A DNA stretch of 64,000 nucleotides from Geosiphon pyriformis uo1 (Eukaryota; Fungi; Glomeromycota), in contig JAAOMT010000599.1 of the NCBI GenBank assembly GCA_016748015.1, positions 393,099-457,098 on the forward strand. Reading direction: 5' to 3'. The notes under the pieces were generated by a model. It had not been told where the DNA came from, made no database searches, and saw only the letters and a list, made by a program, of their open reading frames with translations. Shown here one piece after another: positions 1 through 13,571 of this stretch. Both the position numbers and the translations under genes were made by a program. Each line of letters starts with the position of its first letter. Position 1 is the stretch's first letter.

Positions 1-2241
1 AATGTGGTTCTGAGAAAAGCCATTACTGAGAAACAATTTTTGTATTTAGTTTCTGCTGTTTTGCAGCCTATTATTTGCTACAGACTTCAATTTAGCTTTG
101 CATCCAAGAATATTTGTGAAAAATGAAACAGATTGCTGAGAAGAAGACTTAAGCTCAAAGCAAATTTACCTAAAGACTTTTCTAGTGTGGTATTGTATCA
201 TCTCGAGTTGTATGGCCTGAAGTCTTTTGAACAGGTGCTCACTGAAAATTTGATGGCCAACCTGGTCAACTTTAGTAATATGGGTGGAACTCTTGGCAGA
301 TTTTTTGATCACAGAATGATGAACTTACAAGCAGCCAGCTAGATGCCCTAGCACCTTCTCTGTTTTCTGATTATGTTACCTATTAGTCCTTTGAATTGTT
401 TTTTAGCTGGTACTACACATGTTCTCACTTTGTGCAACACTTTCTTAGATGGTGCTTTTCATAATGTTTTTAGAGCTGGATTTGGTGTGCTAATCCTGAA
501 CATGTTAGGTGTGAGTGATTATCTGGGTGCAAGAAAATCTCTTAGAAAATATGGCCTCATTTTTGCCAACCAACTGTTAGATCATTATGGCAAATGTTTC
601 ACTTGGAACACTTTTTGCAAATGGAAAAGGCTTAATTCCAGAGGTCTTATTTCTACCTGATTTGTCTCCATTTCTGATTTTATCAAGTGTAGTGGTTTGG
701 ACAATAACATGGTTATGGCATTTTGTCCTGCTTCTTCTGATGTTGTTTGTGATATTGATTTTGTTTTTGAATAGTTGCTTGCCACCAAGTGTGGCTCTAT
801 TGATGTATATACGGATGGTTTTGTCAAGAGTTTGGGGTTTATTGATGCCTGTAGTGATGCTACAGCTTATTTTCCAAAAGCCAATGCAAATATTGGTGTA
901 AAGATTCTTGGTTTGTTGTCTTCTATGCTGGTGGAGCTACAAGTCATTGCTTTGGCATTGGAATGTGTTCTTGATTTTAGTACAGTTACTTTGTTTACGG
1001 GCAGTTAGACTTTGCTAGATATATGCAAGTTCGAAGTGGATGGTTTTGGTTCTGATTTTTGACACAAATGCTGGATTGAGAAAGAGCATATTCATCAAGC
1101 TATTTCAAATAAGAATTTATCAGTCACATGGAGAAAGGTCAAAAGACATTCAGATGTAATCGAGAACAAACATGTGGATTTTTTTGCAAACATGGTGACT
1201 TTGTCCAAGTCTGTGTTGTTCTTGAGCATACCATGTTGCTTTCTTAGTGTTGAGAACAGATCTGTTTCTGGAAATACACGTTATTTCTTTAGGAATTTGT
1301 TTAAAGCCATCAATTTTGTCAGTTGGGAGTTTAAATTTGGTGCTGACATTGTTGATATTGGTTTTGCTGGCAATATTAACTCTTCCAAATCTTTCAGTGT
1401 TTGGCACCTTGATGGTGGGATTTGCTCTGGTTATATTGGCTTATTTTCTGCTTTTCTGCGATTTTACCTTATGAAATTTCTGCATTGTCATCTGCCGGTT
1501 GCTGTAAGAAAAAGATTATATGATCTTAAATATCCTAACATGGTATGCATTAAATGTGGTATGATTGAAAACTCTGATCACTTGTTTTTGTGTAAGCATG
1601 ACAATGTTGCCAGGCTGAATATATTGTTAAATATTAGCATGAAGTGGTGTAAGATGGCTGGTGAATTTGCTGAAAGAAGTAAAATAATGCAATTCTTGAG
1701 TGAGACTGAGTTTTCTAATGGCCTGTACATATTGTTGGCCAAAGGGTTTGTACTGAAAAGCTGGGTATCAAATGCTATCCTGTGCCTTGGTTTAGTTTCT
1801 GGCAGTGGCTTAATAGTCAAGTTGGTTTGTAATCTTGCTGAGAGTCACAGATCAGATATCTGGTTGCCTGCTGCTAAATTGAGAGCTTTTTATGAAAAGC
1901 ACAATCTTCTGCCATGTGATGGATTTGCTGTGCCATTGATTAATAGTTTGTCGAATTTGTGGGATACTAGTGTCATCTATGGCTTTGGTTTCAGGTTGGG
2001 TGTTTATTTGTGTTTTGGTTTATGTTCTTGCTTCACTAAGCTGGGCTTTGGTTTCTTGAATAGTATACCTTTAACAGATCCTGCATATGTGTAGTGCTGC
2101 TTTGACTGGGCCAAGTATCTGGTCATGTGTAGAAAAGGCATAAGCCACATTTAATTTGAAATTTTTTTTTGATTTTATGTATTTAGGTAGTGGTTAGACT
2201 GTACTTGTTAAACTTACAATAAATAAATAAATAAAAAATAA
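1..2241 (+). mobile_element. LINE (non-LTR retrotransposon), 3' part of ORF2 (RT C-terminus, RNase H, Cys/His motif), 3' UTR and (TAAA)n tail; decayed, runs off window start
   Basis: RNase H motifs DVYTDG...ELQVIALAL...WRKVKRH; CIKCGMIENSDHLFLC motif; ORF2 stop at 2092-2094; taaa-rich tail about 2217-2241; homologous to the other LINE copies in the window. Confidence 0.9.
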
Positions 2242-2816
2242 ATGCATAGTTTTTTTTCTTTTTAAATTTTATAATTACAATTAAAACAAAAAATAAAAAA
2301 GTTTTAAATATTATTTTTTTTATAATAATTAATAAAATTTCAACAAAAAAAAATTTCTTTGTTATTAAAACAATTAAGCAAAATATTTTAACAATATTTT
2401 TTTTAAGTATTAATAATAAAAAACTGTTTTTAATAACTTCTATAATATTTTTTTATTTTTGGCTGGTAGTTTTTTTTTAATCAAAGTTTTTTCAAAAAAC
2501 ATATTAAAATTAATCTTAATATTGTATTTATTTTTTTAAAAATTTTAAAGTTTTTAATAATAGATTATTTAATAAGCTAGTTTTCTTTGCTTTTATTACT
2601 AGTATTACTATTACTATTTTATAAATAACCCAAAACTTAAAAACTTAAAAAAACAATAATAATTACTTATATCTGTTATTGATATATCAAATTTTTTTAT
2701 AATTTTAAATAAAATCTTGAAAAAAATTTTTTTAACAGCAATTAGTTTTTTTTCTAATATAAACAACAATAATAACAACATATTTTTTAAAATAAACCAA
2801 GATTAACTATTAATTA

Positions 2817-3745
2817 TATTATCAAATATAATGTTTTTTAGCAGATTATTGTCAGTTTTTGAAACAAAACAACTTATTAAATTACTTAATCTTAAAGATT
2901 AAATTAATTAAATAAAAACAAAATCAATATTTTTTTCATTGTTTTTTGATACTGTTTCTAATAGTGTTTAAAAAACAATTTTTAGTTGTTAAAAATTTTT
3001 TAAATAAATAATTTTTATTTTAGTATTTGGTATTAGAATCTGATATTGTCTTTTTACTCTTTTTATAAATTAATAAGATAAAGTTAATTAATACTTAAAG
3101 AAAGCTTCTTCTTTTTATTAGACTATTATAAAATTTAATCTTAAGACAGTTAATTTTTAATATTATTATTCTACAAGAAAAAAAATAAAAATAAAAATTA
3201 GTATTTTATTAATTGCTATAATCAAAAACAATTAGTTTAAGTTATTAAAGTTTTAAAAACATTTATGCTAATTATATTTGATTTAAAATAAAAGTAAAAG
3301 AGACAATCAATTAAATTTTGATAATTAAAGAATTAAAATTATGTACTTGTAAATTGAATAATAGTATTTTATTTAATTAATAAAAAATAAAAATCAAAGT
3401 TAAAAGATTATTAAGCTAAAGATAAAATATTAAAAGAAAGTTAATTTTTGTCTGTTTTTTTTTATCTGCTAAAACTATTTGTTTTTATACATATTTTCTA
3501 GTTCTATAAAATTGTTTTTAATTGCTTGTTATTATTAGTTATTATTTACTATTTTAGTTATTATTTACTATTTTAGTTATTGCTTTAATTTTTATATTAT
3601 TATTAATTATTTTATATTATTATTAGTTATTTTGTGCTATTTTATATTATTTTGTGTTATTTTATATTATTTTATATTATTTTGTGTTTTTATGTGATAT
3701 CACGTTTTTTAATAATTTTTAATCAGTTTTTTTACTTGAGTAATA
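2817..3745 (-). mobile_element. Hypermutated solo LTR, family C (left boundary approximate)
   Basis: Reverse complement of 3580-3745 (tattactcaagtaaaaaaactgattaaaaattattaaaaaacgtgat plus 10-mer repeats) matches 44116-44300; 3030-3190 matches the reverse complement of 54320-54490. Confidence 0.6.
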
Positions 3746-6299
3746 TTGTTTTTATTTAACTGGTTATTTTTATCATCTTGAATATTTGTTTTTTTTGTAT
3801 AGTACAACCAATAAAAGTATCAAAAAATATACATTACAAATAAAATAACAGATATAAATATAATTATTTGTAATTAAAAAACAATCTATATTATATTTAA
3901 ATATTTTTATTTTATTACAATACTTTAATATATGAAGCAAATTTAAATAATAACTATCTTTTTATATTATTTAAATAAACAACAGAAAGTATTTTTATAT
4001 TTTTTAATATTAAATAAATATTAACATATTTTGATATAATTTTTTAGTTATTGCTAAGACACAAATTTATTGGTATTTTTTTTATTATATTTTAAAAATA
4101 TAATATCAGCAAAAAAAAGTTTTTTTATCAATATATTGTATTATAATTGTCTTTTTAAAAATAAAATTTTATTTTTAAAGAGTAAATAAGATCTTTTTAG
4201 CATAATAAAAGTTTTTTATTACAAGCTTTAAATCAATTACTTGGCTTTAAGAATTAAGATAAAATCATATTTTTTAATTAATAATATTATTTTAACAATT
4301 TTTTGAAAAAGTATTGTTATACTATATTCAACTGAATTATATATTAATTAATTTAAAGCATATATTCTAACTGAAAAATAATTAAAATTAAATACATAAA
4401 ACATTTTATAATATTCAAAAAAAAAATTTATATGGCGAAAATTTTTATTTAGGCTTTTATTAATTAAAAAAATTCAGATAAATTTAATTTAATTATTAAT
4501 TTTTAATATTTTATCAAAGTAAATATTTTGTGTTAATAAATTTAAGTTATTTATATAAATAACAAAGCTTGTATTAACTTTATATTATGAATGAATAAAA
4601 ATTAATAGTTGACTATTATGAAAAATATTATTGGTATTATTTGAGTTTATTGGTAAATAAACTGATAAAATTAACTTTTATTGTATGTCAATTGAAAAAT
4701 TATAATCTAATAATATAATTGGCTCTTTATAATTTGAAAAGTTTTTTCAATTGTAAAAATACTAAAAAGAATCTTAATTTTATTATTTTATAAAATAATT
4801 ACAAATTAGATAAAAAATAAGACTGCAAATTGTTTAGCTTTTTTTATTAAAACAAAACAATAGTGTCTATTAAAGTATTTTATTTTATTTTATAAAACAA
4901 AAGCAATTGCAATATTGACTGGATGATAATGAGTTTTTGCTAATATTATAATTAATTAATATAGTAATAAATAATTATTCAAAGTAGTATAAAAAAAATA
5001 TTTAATATATTTTGAATTTAGAATTTTATAAAAATAATTAATAGTTCTAATTTTAATAACTTTTTTTTTTCTTTTTTTGTTTATAGCTCTAAACTTAATA
5101 TATTTGTAAATATGTTTATGTAATTTTGAATATTAAATTAAAAGAAATAAATAATTAGATAAATTATATTTTATAATTTCTTAATACTTTTTTAATATAT
5201 TTGCTTTTTTTGTTTAACTTTTACTTTAATATCTTGTATAATGCTTTAATTTTTTTATTTTTTAATCTTATTATGTAAAATTTCCTTAAAATTTGTAATA
5301 TAAATTAGAAAACTATGCTGAATTTCTAAGTTAATAGTAAAATTATAGATTTGTTAAAGCTCAAAAAGTTTTTTATTACTTATATTAATGATTTTTACAG
5401 CTTTTTTCTGTGTTAAAACATTAGAAAAAATTATATTATTTACAACAATCTTTTTAATTGCTTTTAAAATAATTGAAATTAAAGTGGTTTAAATGGGTAA
5501 AAGTTTTAAAATAATAGTTTTAGTTGTAAAAAATACAAAAAATTTTGAATTAAAATCGAAATTGTCAAGTATTTTTTATTTTTTATTTTAATTTCTTGTA
5601 AAAATTTATGCCAAATTTTTTTTTATGTATTAATATATTTGGTACATAAATTAAACTTTAGTATACTGAATTTTCTGTGTTTACTATACGACTATATTTT
5701 AATATTTTACAAAATTTTTAATGTTAATTTATGAAAATTTTATAAATATAAAACTTATTATATCATAATATAGTTAAAAAAACTTATATATTAAAAAAGT
5801 TTAACAATAAATATAATTAAAAATACAATATTAAAAATGTGATAAATTAAAAAATAAAAAATACACTAAATCAAAAAATAAATGTATTAAATTAGAAAAT
5901 AAAAAACATATTAGATTAGAAAATAAAAAACACAAATTTATAATTATTTTTATATAAATAAAACAATATAATAAGTTAAAATATTTAAGTTAATATATTT
6001 TTATAATAATAATATATTATAATTATATATTATAAATAACATATTATTATAATATAAAATAATATTATTATAAAATATCTAATTATATTTTTTATTAGAA
6101 AGAAAAAAAATAGTTTTATAATAATTAATAATAATGTAATATATGTTTGTTCTTTAAGCTTATAACTAAATTAATTAATTTAATATATATACTTAAAGTA
6201 ATTATAATATAGTATATAAACTTTATATAATTTAGCTATATATAGTCTTTTTATAAGTTAAAAAAAATATTTGTTTTATATTAATCCAATTTTTTTTAT

Positions 6300-7400
6300 A
6301 ATTTTATAGTAAATAGTTAGTTATTTTTTTTAAAGCTCTAAATACTTTTATTAATATTTAAAATATATTATGTATTTATTATTAGTTTTCCAAATTTTTT
6401 ATTATTTTTAGTTCTTTAAACACATATTATTAATATTTTATATTATGTTTTATTTTATTAAATAAATTGTTAATTTTATTATCTAATTTTGTTTTTATTA
6501 TAGTGTTAATTAAGTAATAAAAAGTGTTATGTTATTAGAAACATAATTTTAACAATAGTGTTTAATTAATTAATTATTTTAGTTATGTTTTTTTTAAAAA
6601 ACTTTTTTATAATTTCTTTATTTTTGCTTTTAAAACTAAATTTTTAAATCTTAATAAAAACTTATATTAAATTAATTCTTACCAAAAATAAATAGTAATA
6701 ACAATATTTCTTTACTTTAATAATTTGTTTAATACTTTTTTTACTTTCTTAAAGCTAAAATAATTTATACAGTTATATATATATTATTCAGAAAAAGCAT
6801 TATTATTATTAAGAAGATTCTAAATCTGTGCTTTTTTGTCAATAATAATATTTATAAGTAATATAAATACAAATATATAATCAATTATTTTAACAATTTT
6901 TTTTAAATTATTATTTTAATTATAAAGCTATTTAATAAAAAGTTAACTAAATTAAAATCAGAGTAGTTTTTAAAACTAGTACTTTTTTTAATTCTATTTT
7001 TAAAAAGTTGATAATATTAACTTAAATAAGTTTTTTTTAAAAAAAAACATTTAAAACTAAAACAAAAAGCTTATTTTTAAATAGCAATTTAATTAACAGA
7101 AATTATTTAGTTATTTTAATAATTTAAGATTTAAATTAAACATAAAAATTTTTATATTTTCAAATTTGTCTTTAATTTATAATCTAACTTAATTTTTTAA
7201 TTTTGTTTTAATAATAATAAATATAAAATTATTAAATTCTTTGTGTTATTTTATAATGTTTTTTTGCTTAGTAAAATTGTTTATTTTTTTATATTACATA
7301 TAATAATTTTTTAAACTAAATTAATTATTAAAAAATAATCAAATTTAATTTATTCTTAAAAATTATTTTATTTAATTTTAATATTATTCTAACAACAAAA
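6300..7400 (-). pseudogene. Hypermutated LINE relic (APE endonuclease region), boundaries approximate
   Basis: Minus strand 7320-7130 reads tta gtt taa aaa att att ata tgt aat ata aaa aaa ata aac ... aag caa aaa aac att ata aaa taa cac, i.e. LVWKIATCNVRGMN..KQEDIVRWH after reverting G>A/C>T; IDYIFV at about 6870-6885. Confidence 0.7.
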
Positions 7401-8110
7401 CCCAAAATCTTAAACATTTTGTTTTAAAACTATTTAATTAAAAAAAAAAATATTTAGAAGTATCAATATTCACAAAAAATATATTAATAATTATTTTAAA
7501 AAAATTATTTAAAATTATGTCAAATTCAAATATTGGTTTTACAAAAAAAATAATTTGATTTAATAATTTAATAAAAATTATAAAATTATATAAAAATATT
7601 TAATCATAATATAACATAATAATAATCTTAAAAATATACTAATTAATATAATAATAATTACTAAATAGTATTAGCAATAAGCATTATCTTATAATAATAG
7701 CAGATATTATAATATAATAATAGCAGATATTATAATATAATAATAATAAACATATTAAAATATTAAAAATAAAGTATTACAATATTTTTTTTTAGAATTA
7801 TATATATATATATATAATAGTTTTAATATTAAGAAAAATTATTATTTATCTTTTATATAAATTATTTTTTAGTAATTTTTTTAAAAAATATCTAAATAAA
7901 CTTTTTTAATTAAAAAAAATCAAAAATAATATTAAATACTAAATTATAAATAGTAAAATATTAAAATATTATTTATTTATTTTTTTTATTAAAGATTTTA
8001 CAAGTGCAGCCCAACCACTACCTAAGTACATAGAATACACAGAATCTAAATTAAGCATGGTTCATGCTTTTTCTACATGTGACTAGCCACTTGGGCCAAC
8101 CAAGGCAGCA

Positions 8111-11100
8111 CTACGCATCCAGAATTCCCGCTACAGGAAAACCACTCAAGAAACTAAAGTCGAATTTTATAAGACACGGGTGCAACCTGAAGCACATGTG
8201 AACACCCAACCTGAAACTAAAATCTTGGATTGACCCAACAGACCACAAAAAAAACAGACCAGACACCGAAGAAAAGAAGGAGCCATCTTATAGCAAAAAG
8301 TTATGCTTTTTATAATAAGATCTCAACTTAGCCACTGGTATCCAAATGGCTGACCTGTAACTCTTAGCAAAACAACAAACAAAATCAACAACCAATGTGT
8401 CCTCACCAAAACCAGCACCCAAACAGCTTATCATGTCAGCCACCCAGTTTTTCAACACAAAACCTTTAGCCAGTACTATGAATAGGTTGATAGAAGATTC
8501 AGTCTTATGCAGTAACTTAGCAATTGCATTTCCATTGGCAGAAATTTTCAGTGCTACATTCCACTCCATAGAAGCATCAGACAACAAAGTTTCCCAAACA
8601 TTGGCATTATGAGCACAAGAAAACACGTAATCAAAGTCCTCCACCAATTCACACCTAATGTAAGCAATACTTGGATATCTCAGATTGTACAATCTTTTTT
8701 TTTGGCCACTGATAAGTGGTGGTGGAGCACTTTCATGAGATATAACTGAAGTGTCGCTGATGCACTACTGGTGTAGCCAGATTTGATCTTGTCATCAGGA
8801 TGCCAAACACAAAAGGTTTTGGCCTTATCAAAATGGTTACAGAGACCTGCACTAATGAAGCTACCAATACATTTGGCTTCCCAACTAACAGAGTGAACAG
8901 CATTAAACAATTTTTTGGCAATGTGACGAGCATTTCCAGAGACAAGCCTGTCTTCAACCCTGAGAAAGTGATAAAAAACCACAAGAGGCAGAAAGAACTT
9001 AGAAGCAACAGTGGCATCAGCATAAAAATTAGCACATTCATTTCTAACAACACCAGAATGACTCTTGACTTTGTTCCAAGTAATTGACAAGCCTTTTTTA
9101 GAGATGACATGACGAATATGTTCCTTTTTAATCCAGCATTTGTCATGAAAATCAGGACTAAACACACCATTGCCAGATTTGCACAAGTTTAGCAAAGCCT
9201 GGTTGTCAGTAAACAAATTAACAGACCAAGAAGTGGGCACACACTCTAAAGCAAATGCAATGGCTTACAGCTCCACCAGAATTGAGGACAACAACCCATC
9301 TATCTTGACCCTAATACTAACATTTGCATCCGGAAAGTAGACGGCAGCACCACCACAAACACCCAATGAACCCAAATCTTTGACAGAACCATCTGTATAG
9401 ACAGTTACAGAACTCAAATCAGAATCCAGTAAATGCTTATTAACATAACCAAAGTCACAAAGAGAGTCAGCAAGAGCTGAACAATAAGACAATGCCACAC
9501 GATTTAACAAACCACCCCCATTGATAAATTCAACCAATAAGACAAACCAGACAGGAACTGGGCCTCTAGGGTCCAGCTTCTTCCACCTGCAAAAAGTGTT
9601 CCACTCAAAACATACACCTTGGCAGTCCAAAAGCTGATGAACAAACACTATGCCGTACCTTCTAAGAGACTTTGCCATATGCAAATAAGACTCTAAACTG
9701 AGCACATCCAAAACTGCAATATTATTTTTGGCCCGAAAAACATCAGACAGATCACCACCCAATGAGAGGTTGCACAATTTGAGAGCACGTGTTGCACCAG
9801 CCAAAAAACAATTTGTGGGATCAATCAGCAAATTGATCGGAACTTTTAGAGGATGCCAGAGCATCCAGTTAGTGGCCTGCAACTTCATGGCTCTGTGCTC
9901 AAATAGCTTACTGAGGATTCCATCAGCATTTGCGAACACAACCAAGCCAGCCAATATATTCTCAGTCAGCATCTGTTCAAAAGTCCTTAAACCATATAAT
10001 TCTGGATGATACAAAGCCTTATTTGAAAAATCTTTGGGTAGATTGGCCTTGAGCTTTAACCCCTTCCTCAACATTTTGTTTCACTTTTCACAAACACTCT
10101 TAGAGATACAACTAAACTGTAGCCTGTAACTAATTATGGGCTGCAGAACAGCAGAGACCAAATACAAAAATTGCTTCTCAGTAATAACTTTCCTTAACAC
10201 TACATTTGAAAAGAACCTGATATCCGAATAGGCTTTGGCCAAACTTGGCTTAGATAGGCCATCTGTAGAAAGAAAGATCCCTAAGTATTGGTAAGACACA
10301 TTCTTCTTGGCAATAGAAATCTTAGAGCCACTGATTGACAAAAAAATCTCTCTGGCCTCTCAATTGATAGAAATGACAACTGTCTTATCTGTGTTGATAG
10401 CAATATTATTAATTAAAAAAATTCACTCATAATGTCCAAAATGTATTGTGTGGTTACCAGACAATTCCCAACCCAAATAGTGTCATCTACAAAGGCACCA
10501 ACTGCAAAAAAAGAGGTTCTGCCACCCTTAGGGTTAGCTCTACTTGTTCTGGTAAAAAATTTAAAATCCAACCTATAGCCGCATAATTGTTCATGCCTTT
10601 TGACCTCACAAAGCAGAGGGTTGTAAAAAATTTTTCACAACAATGGTGAAAAAACTTTCCCTTGATCCAACCCATTATGAACAGCATATCCATCAGTTAG
10701 ACCAAAGTCTGTCATTATCTGATTGGTTCAATTATTGTGTATATTTCCAAAAAATTCAATAAAATGGGGGCACATTTTGATCCTAGTTAGACTATTCCAC
10801 AGATGGGGCCACTTGACTGAGTCATAAGCTTTTCACATATCTTAAAGCACCAGCCACAGCTTCCTGTTCTTTTCAAGTGCATCTTCAACAATAGAACCAA
10901 TAGTGAAAATAGAAGTTTAAATAGATGTATTCTTTAACACTAAAAAATTGTCTCCACAAAGAACATCAGAAACACTACAAGCCAGAGATATTCTGTCAGA
11001 CAGAACCTTAGACAGTATCTTCCTGGCTGTCTCAATCAAAGCTATTGGCCTGGTATTGGTAAGTGTCTCTTTCCAATCATAGGGCTTTGGTATCATGGAA

Positions 11101-12796
11101 ACCCAGGCTTGCCTCCACTGTGAAGGAACTGCCTCAACTTTAAGCACACATTAAGAATGTCAAGCAGACCATCCAGAACCTGAGCATCTCCATGCTTTCA
11201 AAGCTCATTAGAAATACCAGACATGCCAGCAGCTTTTCCATCAGGCAGTCTTTTGACCACTAAGAGAAACTTATCCAATTTAATCATATTCATGACCTTT
11301 AAGAATGCATTATTACTGACATGGTCCAAGGGAGCATATTGATTAGACCAACGAACAGGCAAAGAGACAGGAGCAATCTGTTTTCTCATTCATTCCTCCA
11401 TGATTTCATTAACAGCAGACTTAACTTTCTTGGACTCCAAAATTAACTCATTGTCCAATATTAGATGGTCCAACACAACTTTTTTAAATGGCTGATCCAA
11501 AACACTCTTGATCATAAGTTCCTTATCAGAGCTAAAGTTTTCCATTTATTTGTCTATTGCTCTCCTGATTGAAATATCTCTGGTCACCCTAGACTCATAG
11601 TATTTAGACTTTCAGTACAATTTTCTGACTCTTGATAGGTGTTGAAGAATGCTTACCCTGCTCTCATTATCATCAAACATTGTGCACGCTTTGGAGGCTC
11701 CTTTACTATCAAGATTAGACCATACCTTAAAGAGACAAACAGCATCTGATTCTTGATTCAAGCTCAAACATTTTACCAACTTGGCCACCAACAATTCCAA
11801 CTTGAAAAACTTCAAAGACAGCTTATTTCTTGAACAGTCAAACTCACTAAACCAATGTCTAGAAAACACCTTATCTGCTAAGTTTAAGACCACATCCTTA
11901 AGGATCCTTCACATGACATCCAAATTTCCATTAACTTTTATATCATTGAATAAAACCATGTTTTCCAAGAACTTGTCTAAAGAACATTCCCTAAAGTGTG
12001 ACTACTTATTAGCATCCACATCCTTAATCTTGAATTTCCACTTATCTTTATTGGCCTGTTTACGCTCACTATTGAGACGGAAATCTAAGAGACCATCCAA
12101 ACCAATAGAAACCAGAACAGTATTATAATCAGTGTCAAAAAAATCAGAGACAGAAGTGACTTCATGACCAGCCAAAGCAGATGACAGACTCTTGCTCACA
12201 AAAATGTAGTCAATAATCTTCACGACACCCTGAAAATTGCCCCAAGTGAAAGCTTTGACCAGAGAATGTCCACTAAAGGAATTGACCAACCCCAAATTCA
12301 AGCAAAACTTAAGACTAGCACTCTTCCTAAATCCATCTTCATTGAAGTCACCACCCAGAACCATAAATGTAGAAGAATTAGCAGCCTTGGCAATAAGAGA
12401 GTTAATTTCGCAAGCTTAGCCAAATCTAGTCTTGGCAGAAGCACCTACATATAGGCCCAAAATCACTACTGACAACCTGCTCTTAAAAAGGAGCTGAACA
12501 GAGAAAAGATGACCAGGTACCTCTTCAACCTTAGAAACATGACGAGTAAGAGAATTGTTTACAATAATCATCACTCTAGCACCAAGAAACCCATTGTCCA
12601 AACCAGAAGAGAATATTCTCACTCCATCGAACTTGTTTATAATCCAAGGCCTAACATTAGACCTCAACTTTGTTTCTGTAACAATAGAAACCATATTCCC
12701 AGAATCAATGTGCCAACAAACAACATCTTCCTGCTTGGCAGGGACATTGATATCACGAGCATTGCATGTTGCAATTTTTCAAACCAGCTCTATTAT
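8111..12796 (-). pseudogene. LINE ORF2: APE endonuclease, reverse transcriptase, RNase H, C-terminal Cys motif
   Basis: IATCN...VTETKL, LGGDFN, IDYIFVS, FFDTD (EN); NTRPIALIE and GAFVDDTIW at about 10480-10500 (RT); VYTDGS, WNKVKSH..NECA (RNase H); many in-frame stops. Confidence 0.9.
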
Positions 12797-13571
12797 TGAG
12801 AAGAAAGAACATTGGGAACCAAATCAGCATTGTTAACTTTGGCCAAGAGGCCCATAACTGTAACTGAAAGATTGCGTAGAGTTTCCTCCATTTTAGAGAC
12901 AATTGAAGAGTCAAAAACTGCCACTCCTGTAATAGCCTCACCACCAGTGACTACACCCAAACCCTCACTCATCACTATATCTGCCTCTTAATTCTGTGAT
13001 GAAGGGGTCACCAATAGCTGACATCCAGAGCTAGGCTGAGAAACCATTGGCCCAAGTAAGTCCAATCTCTTAGCCAACTTGTCCATGTGTTCCACGAGGC
13101 TGGCAAGACTATGCTTAAGAGCAGCAAATCTATCATTTAATTCCACAGACACCAATGGAGTAAGTTTCATCTCCAAAGAAGAGCCAAAAGAAACTGAGTT
13201 ATCACATACAGAGAGAGGAGAAAAAAAAGACCCACCAACAATATTGGCCCATGAAATACCACCAAAAAACACAAGATAAGAGATTTGAGCAGAGCACCTT
13301 GTATAAATAGAAGCCAGTCTGCTTTTATCATCCTCAGACAATATTCTGCGAGCTAGTCCACCAGGGGAAGTTTTCTCACCCACAAAACAACCCAGAGATA
13401 TATGACCCAAATTCTCACACTTAGCACACTTAGCAGAACCCAGGTGAGCCCAACACAGATTAGCACCTTTTAAGACAGGTGTAGTTTCCATAACTGCATT
13501 AATTAAAGCAGCAGAGTTAAAACAAACAATAGCACATTTGGTCTGAGCATATATAACAGGGTGTTAATCAA
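12793..13571 (-). pseudogene. LINE ORF1, C-terminal half (CCHC zinc knuckle, coiled coil)
   Basis: CAKCENLGHISLGC (CX2CX4HX4C); stop at 12793-12795 overlaps the inferred ORF2 start. Confidence 0.8.

Larger units (their letters stand above)
2242..7967. repeat. Extremely AT-rich tract, at least partly made of hypermutated TE relics
   Basis: Very few G/C and no ORFs in the track; parts back-translate to a LINE endonuclease or align to LTR family C. Confidence 0.75.

Noticed and set aside
5640-5700. Possible DNA-transposon terminus (reverse complement tatagtcgtatagtaaacac)
   Set aside because: No partner end or transposase could be recognised
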